From: an uncultured Actinomycetes bacterium
Lineage (GTDB): Bacteria; SZUA-79; Acidulodesulfobacterales; Acidulodesulfobacteraceae
Length of the DNA: 64,000 nucleotides
Assembly (NCBI GenBank): GCA_964631685.1
Contig: CAZVZU010000002.1
Coordinates: 1-64,000 of the forward strand
Direction of reading: 5' to 3'
In this document: piece by piece, positions 50,273 to 61,845 of the stretch
How positions within the stretch are numbered: the first letter of the stretch is position 1
Layout: every line of letters starts with the position of its first letter
Program-made: the position numbers and the translations under genes
Notes under the pieces: model-generated
Told to the model about the DNA's origin: nothing
The model's database searches: none
The model's input: only the letters and a program-made list of their open reading frames with translations

Positions 50273-51139
50273 TTATCTAATGAAATAGGCGATATCATTA
50301 CAGTATTTATTGAGGGCACTCTTCCAATGTCTTAATTCTATACCATAGTCCTTTCCTATTTTTGAGTTATCCAATATGCCACAAGCCGGTCTTTTTGCCG
50401 GTCTATTAACCTTATCGGCGTTTATTGGCAAGATTTCACATTTTGTTCTTTTGAATACATTCATTATTTCAAGTGCAAATTCATACCAAGAAGCCGAACC
50501 ACTATTAGTCAAATGATAGACCTCGTTTTTTGAATTATCTTTGGTAATAATTTCATATATTGCATAAGCCACATCCTTCGTGTATGTGGGTGCCCCCCGC
50601 TGATCGTTAACCACCTCTATCTTTTTTTGACTATCGGCTAGTTTTAGCATCGTATTTACAAAATTTTTTCCATTTTTTCCGTATAGCCAAGATGTGCGGA
50701 GGATTATATAACTTGCGCCGGAATTTTTTATAGCATTTTCGCCATTCAGCTTAGATAAGCCATACACATTTATTGGGCTTACTTCATCACATTCAAGGTA
50801 AGATGCCCCCTTTGTCCCGTCGAATACGTAATCCGTACTTAGATGCACCATTCTTGAACTCAACATCAACGCAGTTTCAGCTAAATTTTTAGCTCCGAGA
50901 TGATTAACCGCATCCGCCTTCTCTGCTTCTTTTTCGGCTAAGTCGACATTGGTATATGCGGCGCAGTTTATCATGTAATCCGGTTTAAACCGACCCAACG
51001 CACTCATAGTCATCTTTGCATCCGTTATATCTAAATTTATAGAGTTGAAGTTTTTTATTATAAAACCAGCTCCTTTTAGAACGATATTAACATCAATGCC
51101 CAACATTCCGGTTGAGCCGATCAGCGCTACTCTTAACAT
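50273..51139 (-). CDS. rfbD: dTDP-4-dehydrorhamnose reductase
   Basis: GSTGMLG, STDYVFDG, YGLSK, LRTSWLYG. Confidence 0.95.
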   Translation of the reverse strand: MLRVALIGSTGMLGIDVNIVLKGAGFIIKNFNSINLDITDAKMTMSALGRFKPDYMINCAAYTNVDLAEKEAEKADAVNHLGAKNLAETALMLSSRMVHLSTDYVFDGTKGASYLECDEVSPINVYGLSKLNGENAIKNSGASYIILRTSWLYGKNGKNFVNTMLKLADSQKKIEVVNDQRGAPTYTKDVAYAIYEIITKDNSKNEVYHLTNSGSASWYEFALEIMNVFKRTKCEILPINADKVNRPAKRPACGILDNSKIGKDYGIELRHWKSALNKYCNDIAYFIR

Positions 51140-52170
51140 TAAAGCTCACCACCTGTGTTATACATCATTTTATAATATTCCTTATAATCGCCTGATAATA
51201 TTTCTTTCCACCAATTCTCATTATTTAAATACCAATCTATTGTTAAAGCAAGATCTTTTTTTATAGTATGCTCAGGTAAAAATTCCATCTCTTTGGTAAT
51301 TTTAGCAAAATCTATAGCATATCTTCTATCATGCCCCAGCCTATCCTTAACCTGTTTTACTAAAGAAAGGGGTTTATTTAGCTTATTCAAGATGAATTTT
51401 ATTATATCTATATTTTCCATTTCGGAATCGCCGCCTATATTATACACATCCCCCGCCTTGCCATTTTCTAGAACGGCCCATATACCTTTAACATGGTCCA
51501 GTACATATATCCAGTCCCTAATATTTTTTCCATCCCCGTAAAGCGGTATCGTCTTATTATTTAGTGCATTTATAATTACTAGAGGGATTAATTTTTCCGG
51601 AAATTGATAAGGCCCATAATTATTAGAACATCTTGATATTAAAATAGGCATGTTATAAGTGTGGAAAAAAGACATCACCAGCATGTCTGCCGAGGCTTTT
51701 GAAGCAGAATAAGGGCTTCGCGGCGCAAGGGGGGTTGTTTCGCTAAATTTACCATTCTTTCCTAGGGAGCCGTAAACCTCATCCGTAGAAACCTGTAGAA
51801 ATTTCTTAACAGAATGCTTGAGCGAAAACTCCAACAGGTTCAGTGTTCCTTTCACGTTGGTTTCTATAAAAATACCAGGGCTCATGATTGACCTGTCGAC
51901 ATGGGACTCTGCAGCAAAATTAATAACATAATCAATACTGTTTTCATTAAAAACAGTAGATAAAGCCGCCTTATCAGTAATATCTATCTTATAAAATGTG
52001 TAATTCGCGAGATTATCAGGCAAATTTTTGAGATTTGCAGCGTAGGTTAGTTTATCAACATTGACTATGTTAATACCTTTTTTTTCTTTATTAATATACC
52101 TTATAAAATTTGACCCGATAAACCCAAATCCTCCGGTTACAAGACACGTTTTCATAAAATGTTTCTCCAT
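51139..52170 (-). CDS. rfbB: dTDP-glucose 4,6-dehydratase
   Basis: TGGFGFIG, AAESHVDRSI, STDEVYG, YSASK. Confidence 0.96.
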   Translation of the reverse strand: MEKHFMKTCLVTGGFGFIGSNFIRYINKEKKGINIVNVDKLTYAANLKNLPDNLANYTFYKIDITDKAALSTVFNENSIDYVINFAAESHVDRSIMSPGIFIETNVKGTLNLLEFSLKHSVKKFLQVSTDEVYGSLGKNGKFSETTPLAPRSPYSASKASADMLVMSFFHTYNMPILISRCSNNYGPYQFPEKLIPLVIINALNNKTIPLYGDGKNIRDWIYVLDHVKGIWAVLENGKAGDVYNIGGDSEMENIDIIKFILNKLNKPLSLVKQVKDRLGHDRRYAIDFAKITKEMEFLPEHTIKKDLALTIDWYLNNENWWKEILSGDYKEYYKMMYNTGGEL

Positions 52171-52178
52171 TCTACTCT

Positions 52179-54491
52179 TTAAAAACTTTTGTTAAAATTA
52201 GGCCCACTTATGGTTAAGTTGCTATGCGATGCACCTGGTGAAATCATATTACCAAAACCATATGTTCCGATTCCTCTTAGCATTATACCAAAAGAAAAAG
52301 CCCATTGATGAAAATATGGCAGGTTCATATAACTAGCGATAAAACCGATACATCCATTTTGATAAACCACCCCTATGGAGTTTGATACATCTTTATGTAT
52401 TGTTAAATCTATATTTTCGGACGTGTTTATGCTGAAACCATGTGAAATTCGTAAATTTGCCGATAAACTGGTATAGGAAAAAGTGTTAAGATTCGTTATA
52501 AGGGACAACGTAGCTGGGAAAAGTGCAGTATTTGTAGGATTAAACATATTTAACGCCGAAAGATACCCTCGTATATCATTGACCTCTGTGTATCCGATGC
52601 TCAAGGAATCCCCTCTATAATCCGTTACCACGGAATTAATATTATAATTATGAAAAATATAATTATAATCATCATAACTGCCATTTCCCAACAAATAAAA
52701 GTTTGAGAACGGGTGTATCTTTATCCTAGCAATTACATCAGAATTTGAATTATCATAGTTGAAATAGTTTATAGGATTAATAAAATTTCCTGAAATGGAA
52801 TGATACTGATAAAGGCTAAATCTTAATAAATTATCTATCTTTTGGTTTGAATACCCTTCTAAATTAAAATCTAAACCATATTTTAATGCGCTTTCATGAG
52901 GAATATAATCGGTCTGGTCAATTAGAGGGATTCCTGTTTGATTCACAGGCCTTATAAGATAATAATTTATGTAAGGTGTCACAAAGAGCAAAAACCCTGA
53001 GTTATCTTTATTTGATTTAATATACTTTTTATAGAACGTTACATTATCGTTTAAGGATGCGTAATAAATTTCCCTATTTCTACTCGATAAAGAAATGTTT
53101 GTATGACCATCTCTTACATCATAATATCCCGTATACCTAACACCGACCTTGGGAGTAATATGGACCCCGTCAATAATATTTAACGGTAAATAAACCTCCG
53201 GAAATAAATCTAGCCTATTCTCGTTCAAATAGCTCGCACTCCTAAAAATATCTATTGACGACTTAAGATTCAAGTACAAAGGATTATTTAATAAACTTCC
53301 AATTTTAGATTCTCCTCTAAAATAGATGGACGGATACTTATTCACCGTTGTGTAATTTGGAAAAAATAAATTATCGAGTCTTAGAAAGTTAATTCTCGCA
53401 GAATAACTGCCAAAATTGTCGGTAACTGAAATATTAGACGAAAGCCTATGTTTTGCCATATGATAAACATCTGTTGAAAAATCATAATAAAAAGCTGGCT
53501 CCGACGGGACATTAATGTTTATTTTAATAGACAAACCATCTAAAAAATCCATATTATGCGAAAATAATAAATATCTTGTAAGATCCGGCGATAACGCACG
53601 ACTTTTTGGATTATTATGTTCTTTCATATAAAATCCATAAATAAAACCATGAGAATAGGGATTAAGACTGTATCTATACTTTAATGAATTACCGATACCC
53701 AAAAAACTGTAATTATTGAGATAATAGGACAAATCCTGCGAATTACCTAAATTCAAATAATATCCGTCCCTAATCTGATACCCTGTGAGAGCACTATATC
53801 CCATCGTTGGAATTAAAAGTCCCGACGATTTTTTCGTCTTGATGGGCATGATCATAATAGGTAAATATAAAACAGGAATACCATGGATGTAAAAAACAGA
53901 ATTGTAGGAAAATGCATATTTACCAAGATAGATATCGGAAAATCCGGAAGATATTTTCCATGAAGGGTGTTTTCTAGAGCAAGATGTTAGATAACCATCT
54001 TTGACCTGATAGAACCCTTTGTCTTTATGATAAATTTTCTTCCCATAAACATATATGTTTCTCTTAAGATAATGTATATGTGAATCATACATGACACCAA
54101 ATTCATTGTGCAGATATACTTTTAACTTCTTGGCTTTTGTCAGTGTGCCTTTAGAATAAACTATGACGTTTCCGGTTGCAATTGCAAAATCAGTTTTGTC
54201 GTAATATATTACCTTATCGGCTTTTAAGCGGAAATCTTTCTTCGTTATCACAACATTACCCGTGATAATATAAGAGTGGTTACTCTTGTCGTAAACTATC
54301 TTACTTGCAGAAATACTTGTAGGTAAACCTATTTTATTGTTTTGGTGCTTGGCAATAGCAAACACCTGCCTGGCACTAAAAATACACAATGCGGCAACTA
54401 TACAGAAAAAAAACAAGGTTACTTTTTTATGATAGGGCATAGGTCTTTTTATAAATTTTTTATTTGAGAACTGTTTTTTTGAAATCTCCAA
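52179..54491 (-). CDS. lptD: LPS assembly protein LptD (start possibly 54440)
   Basis: OstA-like N-domain, TSC..PSW, SGLLIP, beta-barrel. Confidence 0.85.
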   Translation of the reverse strand: MEISKKQFSNKKFIKRPMPYHKKVTLFFFCIVAALCIFSARQVFAIAKHQNNKIGLPTSISASKIVYDKSNHSYIITGNVVITKKDFRLKADKVIYYDKTDFAIATGNVIVYSKGTLTKAKKLKVYLHNEFGVMYDSHIHYLKRNIYVYGKKIYHKDKGFYQVKDGYLTSCSRKHPSWKISSGFSDIYLGKYAFSYNSVFYIHGIPVLYLPIMIMPIKTKKSSGLLIPTMGYSALTGYQIRDGYYLNLGNSQDLSYYLNNYSFLGIGNSLKYRYSLNPYSHGFIYGFYMKEHNNPKSRALSPDLTRYLLFSHNMDFLDGLSIKININVPSEPAFYYDFSTDVYHMAKHRLSSNISVTDNFGSYSARINFLRLDNLFFPNYTTVNKYPSIYFRGESKIGSLLNNPLYLNLKSSIDIFRSASYLNENRLDLFPEVYLPLNIIDGVHITPKVGVRYTGYYDVRDGHTNISLSSRNREIYYASLNDNVTFYKKYIKSNKDNSGFLLFVTPYINYYLIRPVNQTGIPLIDQTDYIPHESALKYGLDFNLEGYSNQKIDNLLRFSLYQYHSISGNFINPINYFNYDNSNSDVIARIKIHPFSNFYLLGNGSYDDYNYIFHNYNINSVVTDYRGDSLSIGYTEVNDIRGYLSALNMFNPTNTALFPATLSLITNLNTFSYTSLSANLRISHGFSINTSENIDLTIHKDVSNSIGVVYQNGCIGFIASYMNLPYFHQWAFSFGIMLRGIGTYGFGNMISPGASHSNLTISGPNFNKSF

Positions 54492-55752
54492 CGAGATAAA
54501 GCGAACCGCAAATAAGTATTAAATCATTTTCTTCCTTATTTTGAAAAGCTAAATTTAATCCTTGTTTTATATTTTTTGCACAAAACACTTTTTTAAAATA
54601 ATTATGCTTATCGGAAAGAGCTACCATTTCGTTTGTGTTTTCAACTCTATTGTTATTCAAGCCGGTAAAAATCATGGTACAGTTTAAAGCCGACAACCTT
54701 CTTAACATTATTTTATAATTCTTGTCCTTCATAACAGCAAAGATTACGATAAACCGTCTGTTTGCGAAATTTTGTTTTAGCGATATAAGAAGGTTTTTAA
54801 TCCCGTCAGGATTGTGCGCTCCGTCTAAAATTAAAGTAGAGTCTTTATAATTTATAACCTCGAATCGACCCTCATTGCTAAACTTGGACACGCCTATTTT
54901 GACTAAATCTTCTTTGATATCTAACCTTAAAATTTTACTGTGATAACTACATAGAATTTCTAGGGATAAAAGCGCGAGACCTAAATTGTATTTTTGATAC
55001 AATGCCTGGGTATTTAACCTTAGACCTCTTAGGGTTAATTTTAAACCCTTATAATTATAAACGTTCTTTACCCTATAGAGTTTTACCATGTCAACTGAAA
55101 AAAAGGGCACAGCCAGACTTAAGGCGCGCTCCTTTATAAGTGCTTTTATCTTACCTTTTCTTTCCCCCGTGACCATTAACGACCCCTTTTTTATAATTCC
55201 GGCTTTATCTGAAGCAATTTTTTCTACAGAATGCCCCAGGACATCTCTATGATCCATCGATACGTTCGTAATCACCGAAAGAAGCGGATTTCTAATTATA
55301 TTCGTCGCATCCAACCTCCCTCCGAGTCCCGCCTCTATAACGGCTACATCCACACACTGTTCCTCAAAATATTTGAAGCACACTGCGGTAGTAAATTCAA
55401 AAAACGACACATCCCCTAATGTCGCAAATTCCTTATTGTCCCGGATAAGTTTTTTAAAAAAAAGATCCAGCCTTTCCACGTCACAATCTCTTATCTTTTC
55501 GTTATCAACCGTTATCCTTTCGTTAAATGTTACGAGGTGGGGCGAAGTATAAAGTCCTGCTTTTAAGCCGTGTTCCTTTAATATTGTACATATAAACTTA
55601 CCTACCGAACCTTTCCCGTTAGTTCCTGCTATATGTATTATTTTTAGCTTGTCCTGCGGATTACCTGCATGACCCAATAATGTACTTATCCTTTCAAGTC
55701 CTAGATTTACGATAAAACCCGTTTTACCGTAAGCAACATCTAATTTACTCAT
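54460..55752 (-). CDS. folC: Folylpolyglutamate/dihydrofolate synthase
   Basis: HIAGTNGKGS, EAGLGGRLDATN, LDGAHN. Confidence 0.95.
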   Translation of the reverse strand: MSKLDVAYGKTGFIVNLGLERISTLLGHAGNPQDKLKIIHIAGTNGKGSVGKFICTILKEHGLKAGLYTSPHLVTFNERITVDNEKIRDCDVERLDLFFKKLIRDNKEFATLGDVSFFEFTTAVCFKYFEEQCVDVAVIEAGLGGRLDATNIIRNPLLSVITNVSMDHRDVLGHSVEKIASDKAGIIKKGSLMVTGERKGKIKALIKERALSLAVPFFSVDMVKLYRVKNVYNYKGLKLTLRGLRLNTQALYQKYNLGLALLSLEILCSYHSKILRLDIKEDLVKIGVSKFSNEGRFEVINYKDSTLILDGAHNPDGIKNLLISLKQNFANRRFIVIFAVMKDKNYKIMLRRLSALNCTMIFTGLNNNRVENTNEMVALSDKHNYFKKVFCAKNIKQGLNLAFQNKEENDLILICGSLYLVGDFKKTVLK

Positions 55753-56584
55753 TTATGAGAAGAAGCAAAAGATTTTTTAGTACGCTTTTCATATCCTTTC
55801 TTTCTACTATCATATCTATCATACCGTGCTCCAGAAGATACTCTGACTTTTGAAAACCATCAGGAAGGCTTTGATGAATAGTCTTTTCTATAACCCTTGG
55901 GCCGGCAAAACCTATTAATGCTTTGGGTTCTGCAATGATAATATCGCCCAAATTTGCAAAACTCGCGGATACACCACCGGTAGTAGGGTCTGTTACAATG
56001 GATAAATAAGGAAGGGCAATCTTTCTAAATTCAGATACAAGAGCCACTGTTTTAGCCATCTGCATAAGAGAAAAAATACCTTCCTGCATTCTGGCGCCAC
56101 CGGAAGAGGAAAAGATTATCATCGGAAGTTTTTCTTTGATGGCATGCCTAAAGGTCTTTGCGATCTTTTCTCCCACAACCCTTCCCATAGACCCTCCCAT
56201 AAAATTAAAATCCAATATCGTAGTTGCAGTTTTTATTTTGTCTATGGTTCCCTCACCCGAAACGGCTGCGTCCAATAAACCTGTTTTTTTACCGTCTTCT
56301 TTGAGTCTATCCTTATATTTTTTCGTATCAGTAAAATCAAGCAAATCCTGCGGGGCAATATCTTCAAAAAGTTCCTTAAAGCTACCCTTATCAAATGTTA
56401 TTTCAATTCTCCTTCTTGCACTGATTCTAAAGTGATGATTGCATTTCGGACAAACATCAAGGTTTCTCCCGAGCTCTTTGTTATAAATAATTTCACTGCA
56501 TCCGGGACACTTTATCCACAAGCCTTCGGGTATGACCGGCTTATTTTGCCCTTTTTTTCCGTTTTTCGACTTAAATAAAAGCAT
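55745..56584 (-). CDS. accD: Acetyl-CoA carboxylase carboxyltransferase beta subunit
   Basis: Zn ribbon CPGC..CPKC, FMGGSMG, SGGARMQEG. Confidence 0.96.
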   Translation of the reverse strand: MLLFKSKNGKKGQNKPVIPEGLWIKCPGCSEIIYNKELGRNLDVCPKCNHHFRISARRRIEITFDKGSFKELFEDIAPQDLLDFTDTKKYKDRLKEDGKKTGLLDAAVSGEGTIDKIKTATTILDFNFMGGSMGRVVGEKIAKTFRHAIKEKLPMIIFSSSGGARMQEGIFSLMQMAKTVALVSEFRKIALPYLSIVTDPTTGGVSASFANLGDIIIAEPKALIGFAGPRVIEKTIHQSLPDGFQKSEYLLEHGMIDMIVERKDMKSVLKNLLLLLINE

Positions 56585-56597
56585 AATTTAATGTATG

Positions 56598-57401
56598 TTA
56601 TGTGAGATTAGCCCTAATATTTGACGCAAACACGGCTATCTCGCTTAATATCTTTTTCTTATTATTAAGGTTATTTTCTATAAATCGTATAATCTTTGAT
56701 CCTATTATAACGGCATCGGCATATCTCCCCACCTCTTTTGCCTGCTCCGCGGAGGATATTCCAAAGCCTATACCTACAGGGATATTGCTTATCTTTTTAA
56801 TATCATCTACCCTGGAACGAAGATGGGAAGGCAGTGCCCCCCTCGCCCCGGTAACCCCCGTAACACTAACATAATACACGAATCCCTTAGCATATGACAA
56901 TACATATTTCATTCTAAGCGCGTCCGTTGTGGGCGCAAGCAGAAAAATCTGATATATTCCTTTTTTTCGAATATGCCTAGCTAGCTCACCACACTCTTCC
57001 GGGGGTAAATCTACTATTAACACACCGTCAATACCCGCATTATGAGCATCACCCGCGAAATCAATCCCCAAAACAAAAACGGGATTGTAGTATGTAAAAA
57101 GTATTACAGGAATATCCTTGTATGCCTTGAGCCTTTTTGCAAAATCAAAGGCATCCTGCATTGAAATTCTATTTTTTAACGCCCTTTCATACGATTTTTG
57201 TATAACCTTTCCATCAGCCATAGGATCAGAAAAAGGGAAACCCAATTCAATTATGTCTGCCCCATTATCTATTAATGTTTTGGCTATTTCAAACGATGTC
57301 TCGATATCAGGGTCTCCTATGGATATGAATGGTATAAAAGCCGTTCGTCCCGCAACCCTTAACTCGTTGAAACAAGTATCTATTTTATTCATTTTTACCA
57401 T
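56598..57401 (-). CDS. trpA: Tryptophan synthase alpha chain
   Basis: ELGFPFSDPMADG, GVTG, GFGIS. Confidence 0.96.
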   Translation of the reverse strand: MVKMNKIDTCFNELRVAGRTAFIPFISIGDPDIETSFEIAKTLIDNGADIIELGFPFSDPMADGKVIQKSYERALKNRISMQDAFDFAKRLKAYKDIPVILFTYYNPVFVLGIDFAGDAHNAGIDGVLIVDLPPEECGELARHIRKKGIYQIFLLAPTTDALRMKYVLSYAKGFVYYVSVTGVTGARGALPSHLRSRVDDIKKISNIPVGIGFGISSAEQAKEVGRYADAVIIGSKIIRFIENNLNNKKKILSEIAVFASNIRANLT

Positions 57402-57442
57402 TTTTTACTTATATCCATGCCCTGAGGCAGAGAGAGTTAAAT

Positions 57443-58612
57443 TTATTCATGCCGGGTGTAGTCTGAAATCGTATGCATATCCTTATCTCCTCTACCGGAT
57501 AGGTTTATGATAACCGACTTCCCTTTTATTTCTTGTTTTATTTTTTCTAAATATGCGATAGCATGTGCACTTTCCAATGCAGGAATAATCCCTTCCCATT
57601 TACAAAGTTTACGGAAAGCCGAAACCGCTTCCGCATCTGTTACGCTGTCAAAGATAATTCTTTTATTATCGGCAAAATAACTGTGCTCGGGACCAACCCC
57701 TGGATAATCTAACCCTGCCGCTATAGAATGTGCATCTTTTATTCTACCAAATTCATCTTGGAGCAGATATGTTTTATTTCCATGCAGTACGCCTTTCCGC
57801 CCTCCTGAAATAGATGCGGCGTGCTTTCCCGTTTCAGTACCCAAACCGCCTGCCTCCACACCATACATCTTGACTTTATCATATTTTATAAAAGGATGAA
57901 ATAACCCCATAGCATTACTGCCACCACCGATACATGCGATCATGATATCAGGAAGTTTTTTGATTTGTTTTAAAACCTCTTTACCTATAACAGACTGGAA
58001 ATCCCTTACTATTTGAGGATAGGGATGCGGTCCTGCAACCGTTCCTATCATATAATATGTCGTTTTCACATTTGTAATCCAATTCCTTAACGCCTCGTTC
58101 ATCGCATCCTTAAGGGTTTGAGAACCTGCTTCGACAGGATTAACCTTTGCACCTAAAAGTTCCATTCTAAAAACATTCTGTTTTTGCCTCTCAACATCCT
58201 TTTTGCCCATAAATATCTCGCATTCTATGTCAAAAAGAGCGCAGACTGTTGCGGTTGCTACGCCATGTTGCCCCGCTCCCGTCTCGGCTATAACCCTTTT
58301 TTTTCCCATCCTTACCGCAAGCAAGGCTTGCCCTATAGTGTTATTAATCTTATGTGCTCCAGTATGATTTAAATCTTCCCTTTTAAGATAAATTTCGGAA
58401 CCATATGTATCAGAGAGACTCTTGGCGTAATATAACGGGGTCGGTCTTCCAACATAATTCTTTAAATAATAGTTTAATTCATTTTTAAATTCCGGATCCT
58501 TACGTATTTTTTTATAAAATTCCTCAAGTTCGGAGATTGCAGGCATTAATGTTTCAGATATATATTTTCCACCGTAATCACCGAAATGCCCCTTCCGATC
58601 AGGATATTTCAT
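57443..58612 (-). CDS. trpB: Tryptophan synthase beta chain
   Basis: [34 protein letters not shown] at 58612 chosen. Confidence 0.96.
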   Translation of the reverse strand: MKYPDRKGHFGDYGGKYISETLMPAISELEEFYKKIRKDPEFKNELNYYLKNYVGRPTPLYYAKSLSDTYGSEIYLKREDLNHTGAHKINNTIGQALLAVRMGKKRVIAETGAGQHGVATATVCALFDIECEIFMGKKDVERQKQNVFRMELLGAKVNPVEAGSQTLKDAMNEALRNWITNVKTTYYMIGTVAGPHPYPQIVRDFQSVIGKEVLKQIKKLPDIMIACIGGGSNAMGLFHPFIKYDKVKMYGVEAGGLGTETGKHAASISGGRKGVLHGNKTYLLQDEFGRIKDAHSIAAGLDYPGVGPEHSYFADNKRIIFDSVTDAEAVSAFRKLCKWEGIIPALESAHAIAYLEKIKQEIKGKSVIINLSGRGDKDMHTISDYTRHE

Positions 58613-59291
58613 GTAACACCTCCCTAAAATTGTCAAAAAAATCGCTCATTTTCTTATTATCCTTCTTTCCCGGATAATTCTCCACTTTAGAGGAAAGATC
58701 GAAACCGTACGGTCTTACACTTTTTACGATATAAGCTATATTATCCGGACCAATCCCTCCTGCTATTATCATACGTCCTAAATCTACATCTTGTAAAAAA
58801 TTTAGGTCGAACGATACGCCGGTCCCTCCATAAGACCCGTCTTCGGTATATGTATCTAAAAGAACATTGACGCCTATTTTCTCATAGCTATAGACGCTTT
58901 CAATATCGGCTTTATTTTTTATATGGATAGCCTTCAAAATCTTATTTTTGTTTAAATTCAATTTTTTTATATAGTCTACAGACTCAGTACCCGACAATTG
59001 GACAACATCTATATTCAAATCCTTAACAATAGATTCTAGTATTGCTTGCTCCTCGTTAACAAAAACACCGGTGATAGCCACATTTCCACTAAAGGATAGG
59101 AAGCCTTGATGTTTTTTTTTCTTGATCTTGCGAACAGCATCTATAATCTCCTTCGCATATTCTGGTGTCATACATCTTTTGGACTTATCATGAAAAATAA
59201 AACCCAAACTATCGGCACCCAGTCTTGAAGCATATGCGGCGTCATCAAGGTTTGTTATACCGCATATTTTTATCTTTGGAATATTTTGCAT
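58599..59291 (-). CDS. trpF: Phosphoribosylanthranilate isomerase
   Basis: KICGIT, GGTG, AGGI. Confidence 0.92.
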   Translation of the reverse strand: MQNIPKIKICGITNLDDAAYASRLGADSLGFIFHDKSKRCMTPEYAKEIIDAVRKIKKKKHQGFLSFSGNVAITGVFVNEEQAILESIVKDLNIDVVQLSGTESVDYIKKLNLNKNKILKAIHIKNKADIESVYSYEKIGVNVLLDTYTEDGSYGGTGVSFDLNFLQDVDLGRMIIAGGIGPDNIAYIVKSVRPYGFDLSSKVENYPGKKDNKKMSDFFDNFREVLHEIS

Positions 59292-59353
59292 TGAAAAAAA
59301 ATGTTAAAGCAAGCACACGCAACCCTAAACTAAAAAAGGGTTTTACTTACTGC

Positions 59354-60181
59354 TTACAATGAATAGTTGTCCATAGAATACGGCAATAAAAGGTCCTTTA
59401 ATGTTTTTAACGGATCAGCCGCAGCAACAACGGCTTCACCTATAAGAAATGAATTTATACCCCTTTTCATTAGCATTTCAATATCATCCCTGCCACTGAT
59501 ACCGCTTTCCGCAACAATTAATTTACCCGGCGGTATCTTTTCCGCAATTACTGCCGTCTTAAATAAGTCCGTTTTAAAGGTCATTAGGTCTCTACTATTA
59601 ATCCCTATAATTTCAGCATTATATTTTAAGGCTGTATCAAGCTCATCTTCATTTGATACCTCGGTAAGCGTTTCCAGTGACAATTCCTTTGCAAGAGAAA
59701 GAAGATCGTTATATTGCGAAGGTGATAATGCTTTTTCAATTAAAAGAATTGCATCCGCCCCTATTATCTTAGACTCAAAAATCTGGACTTCATCAATAAT
59801 AAAGTCTTTTCTTAGGATAGGAAGTCGAACCGCATTTCTAACCTTCAATATATCTGAAGGACTACCCATAAAAAATGTTCTATCGGTCAAAACAGAGATA
59901 GCGCTCGCCCCGGCCTTTTCATAAACAACGGCAATTTCATCTGGTTTAAAATTGCGCACTAAAACACCCTTTGACGGGGATGCTTTCTTGACTTCCGCAA
60001 CTATACTGCAAATCTTATAGGAAACCGCCTCTCCGTTTGATTTTGGTTTCAAGGCATTTTTGAAGCTTCTTAATCCATGAAACGCATCATACGCACGAGC
60101 CCTGTATTCCGATTTATTTATGGATGCTTTAAATTTTTTTATCTCTTTTCTTTTTTCTTTCAATATGTCGTCTAAAATCAT
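59354..60181 (-). CDS. trpC: Indole-3-glycerol phosphate synthase
   Basis: AEVKKASPSKG, LRKDFII, ESGI. Confidence 0.95.
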   Translation of the reverse strand: MILDDILKEKRKEIKKFKASINKSEYRARAYDAFHGLRSFKNALKPKSNGEAVSYKICSIVAEVKKASPSKGVLVRNFKPDEIAVVYEKAGASAISVLTDRTFFMGSPSDILKVRNAVRLPILRKDFIIDEVQIFESKIIGADAILLIEKALSPSQYNDLLSLAKELSLETLTEVSNEDELDTALKYNAEIIGINSRDLMTFKTDLFKTAVIAEKIPPGKLIVAESGISGRDDIEMLMKRGINSFLIGEAVVAAADPLKTLKDLLLPYSMDNYSL

Positions 60182-60221
60182 ATCACCATGTTATTCATTT
60201 AATAGAATTATATTTTAATCA

Positions 60222-61253
60222 TCATTTGTTGGAAATTTCAATCAGATTTCGTAGGGATTTCATTGCAGCTCCCGAAGCGATAGAACTTCTTGCCAAACCT
60301 AATGCCTCGTTTAAATCCTTGACGCCTCCAGAAACTAATATCGCAAATCCTGCATTCAAAATTGCTATATCTGTCTTAGGTCCGCTTTCACCACTGATTA
60401 TATCATATATTATTTTTGCATTTTCAGAAACGGAAAATGATTGAAACTGTTCTGATTCAAAAAAATCAAATCCATATTCGTTTGGATTAAAATCAAATTT
60501 ATTTATATCGTCTGAATTTAACTCATAAATATCGGTAATGGACGAAAGGCTAACCTCGTCTATACCGTCCCTACCGCAAACTACAAAAGCCCTTTCGGTA
60601 TTTAAAAGTTTTAGAACTTCAACAATTTTTGCAGCCAACCCTTTGGAATATGCCCCTATAATCTGCTTTTGTGCCCCAAGCGGATTAGTAAGCGGACCTA
60701 ATATATTAAATATTGTCTTAAACCCCAGCTCTTTTCTTACTGGAGCCGCATATTTCATTGCCGCATGAAAATTAGGTGCAAATAAAAAACCGATATTTGC
60801 GTATTCTATGGATTCGATGATCATTTGGGGATCCATGAATATATTTACGCCTAACTCTTTCAGTGCATTAGCGCTACCAGACTTAGAAGATACCCCGTAG
60901 TTTCCGTGCTTTGCTATCTTGACCCCCGCTCCGGCAGCAATTAATGCAGCACAAGTGGAAATATTGTAAGTATTTTTACAATCCCCTCCAGTCCCGCAGG
61001 TATCTACTAACCTTGAACGAATACGACTATCTATCGTCACCTTAAGGGCATTGTCCCTCATGGCCAATGCAGCTCCTGCTATTTCCTCTGTATTTTCCCC
61101 TTTTATTTTGAGGGATGTTAAAAAAGATGCTATCTGCGCATTTGTGAACTTACCATTCAGTATCATATTAAATGCTTTATATGACTCATCTTTATTTAAT
61201 GGCACCCTCTCGGCAACTTGTTGTATTATTATTTTTACAAAATTTTCTTCCAT
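60222..61253 (-). CDS. trpD: Anthranilate phosphoribosyltransferase
   Basis: DTCGTGGD, KHGN, FNILGPLTNP. Confidence 0.95.
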   Translation of the reverse strand: MEENFVKIIIQQVAERVPLNKDESYKAFNMILNGKFTNAQIASFLTSLKIKGENTEEIAGAALAMRDNALKVTIDSRIRSRLVDTCGTGGDCKNTYNISTCAALIAAGAGVKIAKHGNYGVSSKSGSANALKELGVNIFMDPQMIIESIEYANIGFLFAPNFHAAMKYAAPVRKELGFKTIFNILGPLTNPLGAQKQIIGAYSKGLAAKIVEVLKLLNTERAFVVCGRDGIDEVSLSSITDIYELNSDDINKFDFNPNEYGFDFFESEQFQSFSVSENAKIIYDIISGESGPKTDIAILNAGFAILVSGGVKDLNEALGLARSSIASGAAMKSLRNLIEISNK

Positions 61254-61273
61254 TTTTTTGTACTATTATTGGG

Positions 61274-61840
61274 TTAGATAGATAAAAAATTATTTATTAT
61301 TTGTTTTCCGTATGATGTAAGAATAGACTCTGGATGAAATTGGACGCCATAAACCATGTAGCCCTTAAGCTCAATACCCATAATCTCACCATCATCCATA
61401 CTTGTTGCAGTCACATTTATAATCTCCGGAAGCTTCTCTTTCTTTATTGCAAGCGAGTGATACCTTGTAGCCTCAAAGGGGTTCGGTATATTTTTATAGA
61501 TAACTGATGAATTATGCTTGATATATGAAACCTTTCCATGCATGATATTCTTAGCGCGTATTATTTCTGCCCCAAATGCATAGCCGATAGATTGATGACC
61601 AAGACAAACACCCAATATTGGAATTTTATCGTAAAAATTTCTAATAACATCTACCGTGATCCCCGCATCAGACGGAGATTTGGGCCCAGGAGATATAATA
61701 ATTTTCTTGGGATTTATTTTTTTAATTGATTCAATATCTATAACATCATTTCTAAATATAGTTGTCTCATACCCTAATTCTCCTGTATATTGGACTATAT
61801 TGTAAGTAAAAGAATCGTAATTATCTATAATTAATATCAT
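61274..61840 (-). CDS. trpG: Anthranilate synthase component II
   Basis: IDNYDSFT, GVCLGHQ, QFHPES. Confidence 0.95.
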   Translation of the reverse strand: MILIIDNYDSFTYNIVQYTGELGYETTIFRNDVIDIESIKKINPKKIIISPGPKSPSDAGITVDVIRNFYDKIPILGVCLGHQSIGYAFGAEIIRAKNIMHGKVSYIKHNSSVIYKNIPNPFEATRYHSLAIKKEKLPEIINVTATSMDDGEIMGIELKGYMVYGVQFHPESILTSYGKQIINNFLSI

Positions 61841-61845
61841 GATCT